The position numbers were made by a program, and so were the translations under genes. A DNA stretch of 64,000 nt from Macrostomum lignano (Eukaryota). Position 1 is the stretch's first letter, and each line of letters begins with the position of its first letter. Of the stretch, positions 36,861 to 49,740 are shown one piece after another. The notes under the pieces were generated by a model. It ran no database searches, was not told the origin of the DNA, and saw only the letters and a list, made by a program, of their open reading frames with translations. The stretch is taken from NCBI GenBank assembly GCA_002269645.1, contig NIVC01001069.1, positions 1-64,000 of the forward strand. Direction: 5' to 3'.

Positions 36861-38269
36861 ATCTCACAGTTTTCTATTCTGTAGCCACGGAAATTTTCCT
36901 GACATTTTGCTGCATTCTCTGCTGTGTCAAAAACACAGGCGACCCTCATGGCTGATTTGTTAATTAAAGACCCACCAGTGCCAATTGTCTTCTTGCAATA
37001 ACCATCGCTGTAACAATGGAGAAAGGCTACTGCTTCCTGTCTGCCCAGCAACCAAGCGGGGGGGACCGATTGAAGTGCAGCATAAATATTCACACCCCTC
37101 GGTAAAGCCGCGGCGGTGCTTATATTCAAGGGATAAAAAATATAGACACGGGAAAAAGATAGACAGCTAGCTAGAATTGAAGCAAATTGTAAGCGACTGA
37201 CTGCTTGGCTCCGAGATTGCCGGGGAGACTGGCGCGCTCTCTCTCTCTCCCTCTCCCTCTCTCTCTCTCTCTAATCAAAACCGGGCACAACTCCGGCCCC
37301 GCGCAGCTGCTCTCGTGAGCCGCGCGGGGTCGCCCAGGACTTAATGAGATTCGAGAAGTTCGGCAGCCCTACCCCACTGACCAGGCATGGGACGCTGGGT
37401 GCCCCCCGTCCCCCTCGGGGGGGGGGGGGGTCCCGCCCGTGTTGAGCGAAGTTGATGATGATGGATTAAGTAAAGCGGCTTTGTTTCCCCCCGGAGGGCC
37501 AGCCCCGCAAAATCCCATTCTCTCTGCTCCCATCTCTCCTTGTGGGGGCAACTTCCTCTGTCCCAAACTCTCCACTTGAATTTCGCTCATTCATAAGCTG
37601 GCAAAGGTCCGCAGTGGGGCACAGGCATCTTCCGTAATCTGACGGGCTCAGATAATTCTTTTATAAGCCGTCGCCTTTCCTGAGCCAGAAATAAATAAAT
37701 AAAAGTCTGCTAAGTCGTCTATTGTTCATAAATAAATGTCAAAGTATTAGTTGCTTTTAATATCCACCTCCGTAGCTTCACACTCAGAAAAAAAGATTTA
37801 AACTCGAATCGAATCTTTAATCATGTCTCCAAGCATGATACGCTTGCATGGGCGCGGGTTGATCCAGGCGCAGGATCTGCAGCAGTCGCCGGCCATCCAT
37901 CAGAAGCACGCCGGGCAGCCGATCGTAAATCTAATGAGGATGTTCCCCGGCTCTCAGAGAATCTTCTTTCGGTGGGGTGTCGTCTCACTCTCTCTTTTCT
38001 ACTCCCCACCGAAAGGGATGAATGCTGTTCTCACTGACTGAGCTGAGAGCTGCAAGCATGACGTGGATCCTCCTGCATTCCCAATTCGGGTACTTGGGGA
38101 GGACCCAGCGCTTTGTGGACGCAGGATCCTAATGCAATCAGTGTCACCGCTGCGACTCCTATAGCTCTCTCTCCGCTAATCTCTCATTTTATCTTCAATA
38201 CACAGTCTTTTTCCACTTATTTCTCACACGCTTTCACACCTCTACTCTCTCTTTCTCTCATACCCTCTC

Positions 38270-38480
38270 CTCCAGCCTCTCCCCTACCCTCTCCCCTACT
38301 CTCTCCCCTACCCTCTGCCCTACTCTCTGTCCTACCCTCTCCCCTACCCTCTCCCCTACCCTCTCCCCTACTCTCTCCCCTACCCTCTCCCTACCCTCTC
38401 CCTACCCTCTCCCTAACCTCTCCACTGACTCTCTCCCATCCGCTCCCCTACCCTCTCCCCTACCTTCTCCCCTACCCTCT
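38270..38480. repeat. C-rich 12-bp repeat (ccctaccctctc)
   Basis: Visible. Confidence 0.85.
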
Positions 38481-38928
38481 CCAATACACTACCCTTCCCT
38501 CTCTTGTTTCTCTGGGGTCTTCTGCCATTTCTCATTCTATTTTTTTATTATATACACAATTGCTGCTTATTTCCACACATTAGGGGCATTTTTAAACCGA
38601 AAATTAAAACTATTTCGAGCGTACCTACTAGTTCAGTCTGGTAACTTAATAGTGTTACTCATTCTCTCTTGCTCAAGTCTTATTCTTCTCATCTCCCAGT
38701 GCGCCACGCCCAGTTGCAGAATCTCCCCCGGGCATTTGCGGCGGAGGTTTCATAGGAGCGGTGCGATTGAAAAAATTATATTGGGACAGAGAGAGGGGGG
38801 GAGATGTAGGGGGCTTTGACTCGCGCTTTTGCCTGCCTAAGCTGCCTCCCCTATAGTTTCGGTGGCTACTGCAGACTCACTGTATCGAGTCACGCTCGTT
38901 CGTGACGGTCCGACAAGCGCACCGCCTG

Positions 38929-38929
<1 letters not shown>

Positions 38930-38980
<51 letters not shown>

Positions 38981-39955
38981 AAGGGAGATTTAATTTTTTG
39001 TGGGGATTATTAAGAAATCCGTGCTCATATTGCCTTTTATCTCTCTTTCGGACACGGAAAAGTCATTACAAAGTTTTTTATTCTGGCTCATTTTCTTGGT
39101 TGCTTAATTAGTGGATTAGAGAAGTTATTAGAGGAGGTTGAGCTTTGGAAATTTATTAGAGAGGAGAGAGGGAGAGGGAAGGAGAAAAAAGGGAGAATGA
39201 AGAGGAGAGGAGAGACAAGAGAGAAAAGAGGAGAGAGGAGATAAGAGAGAGAAGAGGAGAGGGGAGAGGAGAGAGGAGAGGAGAGAGAAGAGGAGAGAGA
39301 AGAGAGGAGAGGAGAGAGGAGAGGAGAGAGGAGAGGAGAGAGGAGAGGAGAGAGGAGAAGAGAGGAGAGGAGAGAGGAGAGGAGAGAGGAGAGGAGAGAG
39401 GAGAGGAGAGAGGAAAGGAGAGGAGAGGAGAGAGAAGAGGAGAGAGGAGATAAGAGAGAGAAGAGGAGAGGGGAGAGGAGAGAGGAGAGGAGAGAGAAGA
39501 GGAGAGAGAAGAGAGGAGAGGAGAGAGGAGAGGAGAGAGGAGAGGAGAGAGGAGAGGAGAGAGAAGAGAGGAGAGGAGAGAGGAGAGGAGAGAGGAGAGG
39601 AGAGAGAAGAGGAGAGAGAAGAGAGGAGAGGAGAGAGGAGAGGAGAGAGGAGAGGAGAGAGGAGAGGAGAGGAGAGGAGAGAGAAGAGGAGAGAGGAGAG
39701 GAGAGAAGAGGAGAGGAGAGGAGAGGAGAGGAGAGGAGAGGAGAGGAGAGGAGAGGAGAGGAGAGGAGAGAGGAGAGGAGAGGAGAGGAGATGAGATGAG
39801 AGGAGAGGAGAGGAGAGGAGAGGGGAGGGGAGAGAGGAGAGGAGGAGAGAGAAGAGAGGAGAGAGAAGAGAGGAGAGAGAGAGGAGAGAAGAGAGGAGAG
39901 AGAAGAGGAGAGAGAAGAGAGAAGAGAGGAGAGAGAGGAGAGAGAAGAGACGACA
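38930..39955. repeat. (GA)n at 38930-38977 and polypurine (GAGAG/GAGGA)n tract at ~39200-39955
   Basis: Visible purine-only strand. Confidence 0.95.
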
Positions 39956-40462
39956 GCTAAGACACCACAGTCCCCAGACTCCACAGGGGTTTCCCACAGG
40001 AAAGCAAGAGGCGGCAGACTTGAGTGTGCCGCAAAATTGCTGCCACGATCGCTGCAGCCAATTCATTGCAGACTGTCGCATCCCAAGCAGGGAGTACTTG
40101 GACTCAAAAAACCTCCCCTGGGGGTGAGTAGGCCGGTATAGTTGGGACTTTCTCCCAGCCTACAATAATCCTAGTGGCAGCCGCTGGCCCAGTGGAATAA
40201 TGATCAGCTGCGGTATCAGAACCCCTCGATATCAGGGATAAGTGAGGCTATGGGGTCCGTCAACCCCCCCCCCCCTTCTCCAACTCCGGACCCCAGTGCA
40301 AGCCGCTGCAAGTAATGGGGTATGCAAATTTTCCATGGGTATTCATTCCCGCCGCCATAATTTTTGCGGACAATATTTGTGTCAGAGCGAAAGCTCCGAC
40401 TGAATGATTGTTCCATAATGTCTGACTTGCGAGTCAATGAATTATGGAGGCTTCTGCTGTTG

Positions 40463-43400
40463 AGAATTGTAAGGGGCTGTGTGTCTCACTATGAGAATTG
40501 TAAGGGGCTGTGTGTCTCACTATGAGATTGTAAGGGCTGTGTGTCTCACTATGAGAATTAAGGGGCTGTGTGTCTCACTATGAGTTTGTAGGGGCTGTGT
40601 GTCTCACTATGAGAATTGTAGGGGCTGTGTCTCACCATGAGATAATAGGGGCTGCGTGTCTCACTATGAGATTGTAGGGGCTGTGTCTCACTATGAGATT
40701 GTAGGGGCTGTGTGTCTCACTATGAGAATTGTAGAGGCTGTGTGTCTCACTATGAGATTGTAGGGGCTGTTGTCTCACTATGAGATTGTAGGGGCTGTGT
40801 CTCACCATGAGATAATAGGGGCTGCGTGTCTCACTATGAGATTGTAGGGGCTGTGTCTCACTATGAGATTGTAGGGGCTGTGTGTCTCACTATGAGAATT
40901 GTAGAGGCTGTGTGTCTCACTATGAGATTGTAGGGGCTGTTGTCTCACTATGAGATTGTAGGGGCTGTGTGTCTCACTATGAGATTGTAGGGCCTTGTGT
41001 CTCATTATGAGAATTGTAGGGGCCGTGTCTAGCCATGAGATAATAGGGGCTGTGTGTCTCACTATGAGATTGTAGGGCCTTGTGTCTCATTATGAGAATT
41101 GTAGGGGCCGTGTCTAGCCATGAGATAATAGGGGCTGTGTGTCTCACTATGAGATTGTAGGGGCTGTGTCTCACTATGAGATTGTAGGGGCTTCGTGTCT
41201 CACTATGAGAATTGTAGGGGTTGTGTGTCTCACTATGAGATTGTAGGGGGTGTGTGTCTCACTATGAGATTGTAGGGGCTGTGTGTCTCACTATGGGAAT
41301 TGTAGGGGCTGTGTGTCTCAATATGAGATTGTAGGGGCTGTGTGTCTCACTATGAGATTGTAGGGGCTGTGTGTCTCACTATGAGAATTGTAGGGGCTGT
41401 GTCTCACCATGAGATAATAGGGGCTGTGTGTCTCACTATGAGATTGTAGGGGCTTCGTGTCTCACTATGAGATTGTAGGGGCTGTGTGTCTCACTATGAG
41501 ATTGTAGGGGCTGTGTGTCTCAATATGAGATTGTAGGGGCTGTGTGTCTCACTATGAGATTGTAGGGGCTGTGTGTCTCACTATGGGAATTGTAGGGGCT
41601 GTGTGTCTCACTATGAGATTGTAGGGGCTGTGTGTCTCACTATGAGATTGTAGGGGCTGTGTCTCACCATTAGATAATAGGGGCTGCGTGTCTCAATATG
41701 AGATTGTAGGGGTTGTGTGTCCCACTATGAGATTGTAGGGGCTGTGTGTCTCACTATGAGATTGTAGGGGCTGTGTCTCACTATGAGATTGTAGGGGCTG
41801 TGTGTCTCACTATGAGAATTGTAGAGGCTGTGTGTCTCACTATGAGATTGTAGGGGCTGTGTGTCTCACTATGAGATTGTAGGGCCTTGTGTCTCATTAT
41901 GAGAATTGTAGGGGCCGTGTCTAGCCATGAGATAATAGGGGCTGTGTGTCTCACTATGAGATTGTAGGGGCTGTGTCTCACTATGAGATTGTAGGGGCTT
42001 CGTGTCTCACTATGAGAATTGTAGGGGTTGTGTGTCTCACTATGAGATTGTAGGGGCTGTGTGTCTCACTATGAGATTGTAGGGGCTGTGTCTCACTATG
42101 AGATTGTAGGGGCTGTGTGTCTCACTATGAGAATTGTAGAGGCTGTGTGTCTCACTATGAGATTGTAGGGGCTGTTGTCTCACTATGAGATTGTAGGGGC
42201 TGTGTGTCTCACTATGAGATTGTAGGGGCTGTGTGTCTCAGTATGAGAATTGTAGGGGCTGTGTCTCACTATGAGATTGTAGGGGCTGTGTGTCTCACTA
42301 TGAGAATTGTAGAGGCTGTGTGTCTCACTATGAGATTGTAGGGGCTGTGTGTCTCACTATGAGATTGTAGGGCCTTGTGTCTCATTATGAGAATTGTAGG
42401 GGCCGTGTCTAGCCATGAGATAATAGGGGCTGTGTGTCTCACTATGAGATTGTAGGGGCTGTGTCTCACTATGAGATTGTAGGGGCTTCGTGTCTCACTA
42501 TGAGAATTGTAGGGGTTGTGTGTCTCACTATGAGATTGTAGGGGCTTCGTGTCTCACTATGAGAATTGGAGGGGTTGTGTGTCTCACTATGAGATTGTAG
42601 GGGCTGTGTGTCTCACTATGAGATTGTAGGGGCTGTGTCTCACTATGAGATTGTAGGGGCTGTGTGTCTCACTATGGGAATTGTAGGGGCTGTGTGTCTC
42701 ACTATGAGATTGTAGGGGCTGTGTGTCTCACTATGAGAATTGTAGGGGCTGTGTCTCACCATGAGATAATAGGGGCTGTGTGTCTCACTATGAGATTGTA
42801 GGGGCTTCGTGTCTCACTATGAGATTGTAGGGGCTGTGTGTCTCACTATGAGATTGTAGGGCCTTGTGTCTCATTATGAGAATTGTAGGGGCCGTGTGTC
42901 TCACTATGAGATTGTAGGGGCTGTGTGTCTCACTATGAGATTGTAAGGGCTGTGTGTCTCACTATGAGATTGTAGGGGCTGTGTGTCTCACTATGAGAAT
43001 TGTAGGGGCTGTGTCTCACCATGAGATAATAGGGGCTGTGTGTCTCACTATGAGATTGTAGGGGCTTCGTGTCTCACTATGAGATTGTAGGGGCTGTGTG
43101 TCTCACTATGAGATTGTAGGGGCTGTGTGTCTCAATATGAGATTGTAGGGGCTGTGTGTCTCACTATGAGATTGTAGGGGCTGTGTGTCTCACTATGGGA
43201 ATTGTAGGGGCTGTGTGTCTCACTATGAGATTGTAGGGGCTGTGTGTCTCACTATGAGAATTGTAGGGGCTGTGTCTCACCATTAGATAATAGGGGCTGC
43301 GTGTCTCAATATGAGATTGTAGGGGTTGTGTGTCTCACTATGAGATTGTAGGGGCTGTGTGTCTCACTATGAGATTGTAGGGGCTGTGTCTCACTATGAG

Positions 43401-44755
43401 ATTGTAGGGGCTGTGTGTCTCACTATGAGAATTGTAGAGGCTGTGTGTCTCACTATGAGATTGTAGGGGCTGTGTGTCTCACTATGAGATTGTAGGGCCT
43501 TGTGTCTCATTATGAGAATTGTAGGGGCTGTGTGTCTCACTATGAGAATTGTAGAGGCTGTGTGTCTCACTATGAGATTGTAGGGGCTGTGTGTCTCACT
43601 ATGAGATTGTAGGGGCTGTGTGTCTCACTATGAGATTGTAGGGGCTGTGTGTCTCACTATGAGATTGTAGGGCCTTGTGTCTCATTATGAGAATTGTAGG
43701 GGCCGTGTCTAGCCATGAGATAATAGGGGCTGTGTGTCTCACTATGAGATTGTAGGGGCTGTGTCTCACTATGAGATTGTAGGGGCTTCGTGTCTCACTA
43801 TGAGAATTGTAGGGGTTGTGTGTCTCACTATGAGGTTGTAGGGGCTGTGTGTCTCACTATGAGATTGTAGGGGCTGTGTCTCACTATGAGATTGTAGGGG
43901 CTGTGTGTCTCACTATGGGAATTGTAGGGGCTGTGTGTCTCACTATGAGATTGTAGGGGCTGTGTGTCTCACTATGAGAATTGTAGGGGCTGTGTCTCAC
44001 CATGAGATAATAGGGGCTGTGTGTCTCACTATGAGATTGTAGGGGCTTCGTGTCTCACTATGAGATTGTAGGGGCTGTGTGTCTCACTATGAGATTGTAG
44101 GGGCTGTGTGTCTCAATATGAGATTGTAGGGGCTGTGTGTCTCACTATGAGATTGTAGGGGCTGTGTGTCTCACTATGAGATTGTAAGGGCTGTGTGTCT
44201 CACTATGAGATTGTAGGGGCTGTGTGTCTCACTATGAGAATTGTAGGGGCTGTGTCTCACCATGAGATAATAGGGGCTGTGTGTCTCACTATGAGATTGT
44301 AGGGGCTTCGTGTCTCACTATGAGATTGTAGGGGCTGTGTGTCTCACTATGAGATTGTAGGGCCTTGTGTCTCATTATGAGAATTGTAGGGGCCGTGTCT
44401 AGCCATGAGATAATAGGGGCTGTGTGTCTCACTATGAGATTGTAGGGGCTGTGTGTCTCACTATGAGATTGTAGGGGCTGTGTGTCTCACTATGAGATTG
44501 TAAGGGCTGTGTGTCTCACTATGAGATTGTAGGGGCTGTGTGTCTCACTATGAGATTGTAGGGGCTGTGTGTCTCACTATGAGATTGTAGGGGCTGTGTG
44601 TCTCACTATGAGATTGTAGGGGCTGTGTGTCTCAATATGAGATTGTAGGGGCTGTGTGTCTCACTATGAGATAATAGGGGCTGTGTCTCACCATGAGATT
44701 ATAGGAGCTGGTTCACACTATGCGAATTGTAGAGGCTTTGTGTCTCACTATGAGA
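40463..44755. repeat. ~29-bp minisatellite (gtgtctcactatgagattgtaggggctgt), 4.3 kb, with recurring variant blocks
   Basis: Tandem copies, 27-30 bp variants. Confidence 0.97.
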
Positions 44756-45254
44756 AAGGGGGTGTTTTCTCCCAAAGCAGATTTTTGTGAGCACTAATTG
44801 TCCTCCAGTCAGATGCAGCATCAATCGGTAGGTCACGTGCTCCAGTCAGACTCAGACAGCACGCACTGCTCCAATCCTGTCTGCTCAGCTCAGCCCTTCA
44901 CACTCTTGGCTCCTTCCTTCTTTGCCAGAAACTGTCATTTGAAAAAGTTTACCGCAATTGGCTGCAGTGCCTGCCTGGCACTTCTGCTGCTTGTTCTCTT
45001 TCAACCCCCCCCTCCCTAAAGGCACAGGCTGGGGCGGTTCTCTGGGAGGGTTGAATTTCAGCACACAATGGGACCAACTGAGCACTGTGATTAGAAGTCT
45101 GACAGGCCTCACTGCTTAGGTAAGTCTGTCTGGGACCAGCGCAAAAAGAAATTTGAAAAATGTATATTTAGCGTCGCAAGATGTTTGACTGATTGAAAGG
45201 TTGGGGAGACAGATTTCTTTCAATCAAAAAAAAGTGCCAGAGGAACTACAGCTG

Positions 45255-45702
45255 AAGAAAGTGTCCATTCCTCACCGCGTATGAGTGTCTCAGGAGTGGG
45301 AAGTGTCCATTCCTCACCGCGTATGAGTGTCTCAACAGTGGGAAGTGTCCGTTCCTCACCGCGTATGAGTGTCTCAACAGTGGGAAGTATCCATTCCTCA
45401 CCGCGTATGAGTGTCTCAAGAATGGGAAGTGTCCGTTCCTCACCGCGTATGAGTGTCTCAAGAATGGGAAGTGTCCGTTCCTCGCCGCGTATGAGTGTCT
45501 CAAGAATGGGAAGTGTCCGTTCCTCGCCGCGTATGAGTGTCTCAAGAATGGGAAGTGTCCGTTCCTCACCGCGTATGAGTGTCTCAAGAATGGGAAGTGT
45601 CCGTTCCTCGCCGAGTATGAGTGTCTCAAGAATGGGAAGTGTCCGTTCCTCACCGCGTATGAGTGTCTCAAGAATGGGAAGTGTCCGTTCCTCACCGCGT
45701 AT
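45255..45702. repeat. 42-bp minisatellite (gtgtccgttcctcaccgcgtatgagtgtctcaagaatgggaa), ~10-11 copies
   Basis: Tandem copies. Confidence 0.95.
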
Positions 45703-46539
45703 TCTCTTCTTCAATCTCAGTTATTCTTGAATGCAGTCATGAGACTCAGTTGCAGCTACCTAGATCTCGATACGAACGCTCCTAGCCGTGACAAACCGTG
45801 CTCATTAATAATTAATTAGGTGCATATGACCAGTCCGCATACAGAAGAGAAAGCCGAGGCCACTGATTTCGAGTATAATCTGGTCTATCAAGCTTCCACC
45901 AATCTCATTATCACCTGACAAGAAGGCAGTGAAAAAGGCCCATATGGCCTCAGTCATTTGATATTCGCCTAGCAACAATATCCAGTATGCTCAAGGTAGC
46001 GGACGCCACTTCATTCATATTCTATATCTTTGCGTGATCTGTTTAGCTTGTCACTTCCCTGTCTGATAACCCCTATCCTCAGGGCAAATCCCTCACAATC
46101 CACAACCCGCATTGGTTTGCCATGGCAACCGTCGGTTATGCCGGATTTCTGGCGGTAGTTACAGCTATGGAAAATTTATAGCTATGGAGAAGCGAGAGTT
46201 ATAATTTGGACAAACACGATGGCTCTGAGTTCTGAGAGTAGAGTGTAAAGTGGCCTCGCACTGTATACTCATGAATTTCTGTTTGTACCTGAATGTGATT
46301 GAGTTGAGGAGCAAAGCTGAAAGCAGTGGCATTGGTGGCTGCTGGCTCACCAGGAGTGGATTTGCTAGTTTGAGCAGCAGCCTACTCAGTGCGAGTCTGG
46401 CCTCCATGAGAGTAATTAATCTGATGCTCGCAGAGTGGATTAAGTGGGCACGCTTTGATTCAACTCAGTTTTTCTAGAGTAAATAGAAACAGTTCTAGCT
46501 CATCGAGGTTGCTTTGAGGTAGACACTTCAGAGTGGCTC

Positions 46540-47222
46540 TTAGGTAGCTTCACCAGAGTAACCTATTGAGGTAGCTTCACCAGAGTAACCTATTGAGGTA
46601 GCTTCATCAGAGTAACCTATTGAGGTAGCTTCACCAGAGTAACCTATTGAGGTAGCTTCATCAGAGTAACCTATTGAGGTAGCTTCACCAGAGTAACCTA
46701 TTGAGGTAGCTTCACCAGAGTAACCTATTGAGGTAGCTTCACCAGAGTAACCTATTGAGGTAACTTTACCAGAGTAACCTATTGAGGTACTTCACCAGAG
46801 TAACCTATTGAGGTAACTTCACCAGAGTAACCTATTGAGGTAACTTCACCAGAGTAATCTATTGAGGTAACTTCACCAGAGTAACCTATTGAGGTAGCTT
46901 CACCAGAGTGACCAATTGAGGTAACTTCACCAGAGTAATCTATTGAGGTAACTTCACCAGAGTAATCTATTGAGGTAACTTCACCAGAGTAATCTATTGA
47001 GGTACTTCACCAGAGTAACCTATTGAGGTAGCTTCACCAGAGTTACCTATTGAGGTACTTCACCAGAGTAACCTATTGAGGTAGCTTCACCAGAGTAACC
47101 TATTGAGGTAGCTTCATCAGAGTAATCTATTGAGGTAGCTTCACCAGAGTAACCTATTGAGGTAGCTTCACCAGAGTAACCTATTGAGGTAGCTTCATCA
47201 GAGTAACCTATTGAGGTAACTT
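46540..47222. repeat. 27-bp minisatellite (cttcaccagagtaacctattgaggtag)
   Basis: Tandem copies. Confidence 0.96.
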
Positions 47223-47619
47223 CAGAAGCCCTCCGTGAACTAAGCCATTATGTTCATCATATGACCTGAAGAGACGCGCTCCATCCGCAATGCCGCGAAC
47301 GCTAATGAATATTAATTTAGTTGCTGCATTGCTCGCCACAGTTTGACACAGTAGGAAATCTTCTGATTTATTATTTAATTACTGCTATTTTTTACTCAAT
47401 TAGGCGGCCGCTTGTGTCTGCCCAGCCCTGGAAACTGGCTTCATCATTTATCGTTGAGTAAATGTTTCATTTGGCTTATTTGACAGTTGAAAATAGCCCA
47501 GGGCAGCAGTACTCTTATGAGCTGTACTGTCCGTAATTTAAAAGTAATTTGGAGTCGACGTGCACAAGCGAGTAATTCGTGGATGGATGAAAGATAATTT
47601 TAAACTGTTTTATGGGACC

Positions 47620-48890
47620 CAGACTCTAGCTTTGACTATCTAGATCCCCAGAGTCTAGCGCCACCTAGACCCCCAGAGTCTAGCGCTATCTAGACCCCCA
47701 GAGTCTAGCGCCACCTAGATCCCCAGAGTCTAGCGCTATCTAGACCCCCAGAGTCTAGCGCTTAATTAGACCACCAGAGTCTAGCGCTTAATTAGACCAC
47801 CAGAGTCTAGCGCTATCTAGACCCACAGAGTCTAGCGCTATCTAGACCCCCAGAGTCTAACGCTATCTAGACCCCAGAGTCTAGCGCCACCTAGACCCCC
47901 AGAGTCTAGCGCTTAATTAGACCCCCAGAGTCTAGCGCTTAATTAGACCCCCAGAGTCTAGCGCTTAATTAGACCCCCAGAGTCCAGCGCCACCTAGATC
48001 CCCAGAGTCTAGCGCTATCTAGACCCCCAGAGTCTAGCGCTTAATTAGACCACCAGAGTCTAGCGCTTAATTAGACCACCAGAGTCTAGCGCTATCTAGA
48101 CCCCCAGAGTCTAGCGCCACCTAGATCCCCAGAGTCTAGCGCTATCTAGACCCCCAGAGTCTAGCGCTTAATTAGACCACCAGAGTCTAGCGCTTAATTA
48201 GACCACCAGAGTCTAGCGCTATCTAGACCCCCAGAGTCTAGCGCCACCTAGATCCCCAGAGTCTAGCGCTATCTAGACCCCCAGAGTCTAGCGCTATCTA
48301 GACCCCCAGAGTCTAGCGCTATCTAGACCCCCAGAGTCTAGCGCTTAATTAGACCCCCAGAGTCTAGCGCTTAATTAGACCCCCAGAGTCCAGCGCCACC
48401 TAGATCCCCAGAGTCTAGCGCTACCTAGACCCCCAGAGTCTAGCGCTACCTAGACCCCCAGAGTCTAGCGCCACCTAGATCCCCAGAGTCTAGCGCTATC
48501 TAGACCCCCAGAGTCTAGCGCCACCTAGATCCCCAGAGTCTAGCGCTATCTAGACCCCCAGAGTCTAGCGCCACCTAGATTCCCAGAGTCTAGCGCTATC
48601 TAGACCCCCAGAGTCTAGCGCTATCTAGACCCCCAGAGTCTAGCGCTATCTAGACCCCCAGAGTCTAGCGCTATCTAGACCCCCAGAGTCTAGCGCTATC
48701 TAGACCCCCAGAGTCTAGCGCTATCTAGACCCCCAGAGTCTAGCGCTTGATTAGACCACCAGAGTCTAGCGCTTAATTAGACCACCAGAGTCTAGCGCTT
48801 AATTAGACCACCAGAGTCTAGCGCTTAATTAGACCACCAGAGTCTAGCGCTTAATTGGCGCCGAGTCTGGCGCAAACTAGGCGTCATAGT
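47620..48890. repeat. ~25-bp minisatellite (ctagacccccagagtctagcgctat)
   Basis: Tandem copies with three spacer variants (gctat, gccac, gcttaat). Confidence 0.96.
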
Positions 48891-49596
48891 CTAGCCTCAA
48901 AAATGACGGAAGCAACTAGCTCCTGTAAAAGTACAACTCATCAAGCATCTGAAATGCAATAATAAGAGCTACTCAAAGCCAGCAACTCGGTTTATAGTAA
49001 AAAGGATCTATTGGGCTCATGGAATTGAGAACCCGATTCAGCCAGGCGGGAAAAAACAATATATCACTGCGCGAGATCCGTAGTGAGTTTCTCTTTCTCT
49101 CTTCATAGGCGTCCAGCTATCTCTGTTCGACATCAATGGGGGATTGGCGAAGGCGGATAAATTTCTGGATGAGATTTAACTATCCGTTTTCACAATGGCT
49201 TTTCAATAATTTCTCGTCGTTCCTGTTGTTAGTAGAGTATAACGGTTTTGACTATCTAAAAATAGTCAGTAAATTTTCTGGCAACCGGTTATGCTGCGGT
49301 GACTCAATTCTCATTGGATCTGTCTGGCGTGGATTGAACTGTTGCTTCCATTCCGGCTTCATCAGCCACCCACCCCAGTCTCCAAGCTCAGCTGCCAACC
49401 CAAATTGTCTGGCAGCAGAAACCGGTTCCTCCAGAGTAGAATTTGTCAAAATTTTCTTCTGTTTAGATAGTTCTGCTTCATGATGGCGTCTGGCAAAGTC
49501 CTCTTCTTGAGCAGAAACCATAACAGACAATAGTCTCGTTAAAAACTCTGACTCAAGTGTATAATGCCTAGCTTATGAAGCCACAGGTAGCAGAGG

Positions 49597-49740
49597 TACA
49601 GAATCCCAAACTCATGCCGCTGATCGGTACAGAATCCCAAACTCATGCTGCTGATCGGTACAGAATCCCAAACTCATGCTACTGATCGGTACAGAATCCC
49701 AAACTCATGCTGCTGATCGGTACAGAATCTCAAACTCACG
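49597..49740. repeat. 31-bp tandem repeat (gtacagaatcccaaactcatgctgctgatcg), ~4.5 copies
   Basis: Tandem copies. Confidence 0.9.

Noticed and set aside
49252-49530. Protein-like minus-strand ORF (EEDFARRHHEAEL...WGGWLMKPEWKQQF) with a plausible acceptor
   Set aside because: Could be a real exon, but has no partner exon, donor or homology support; left unannotated.
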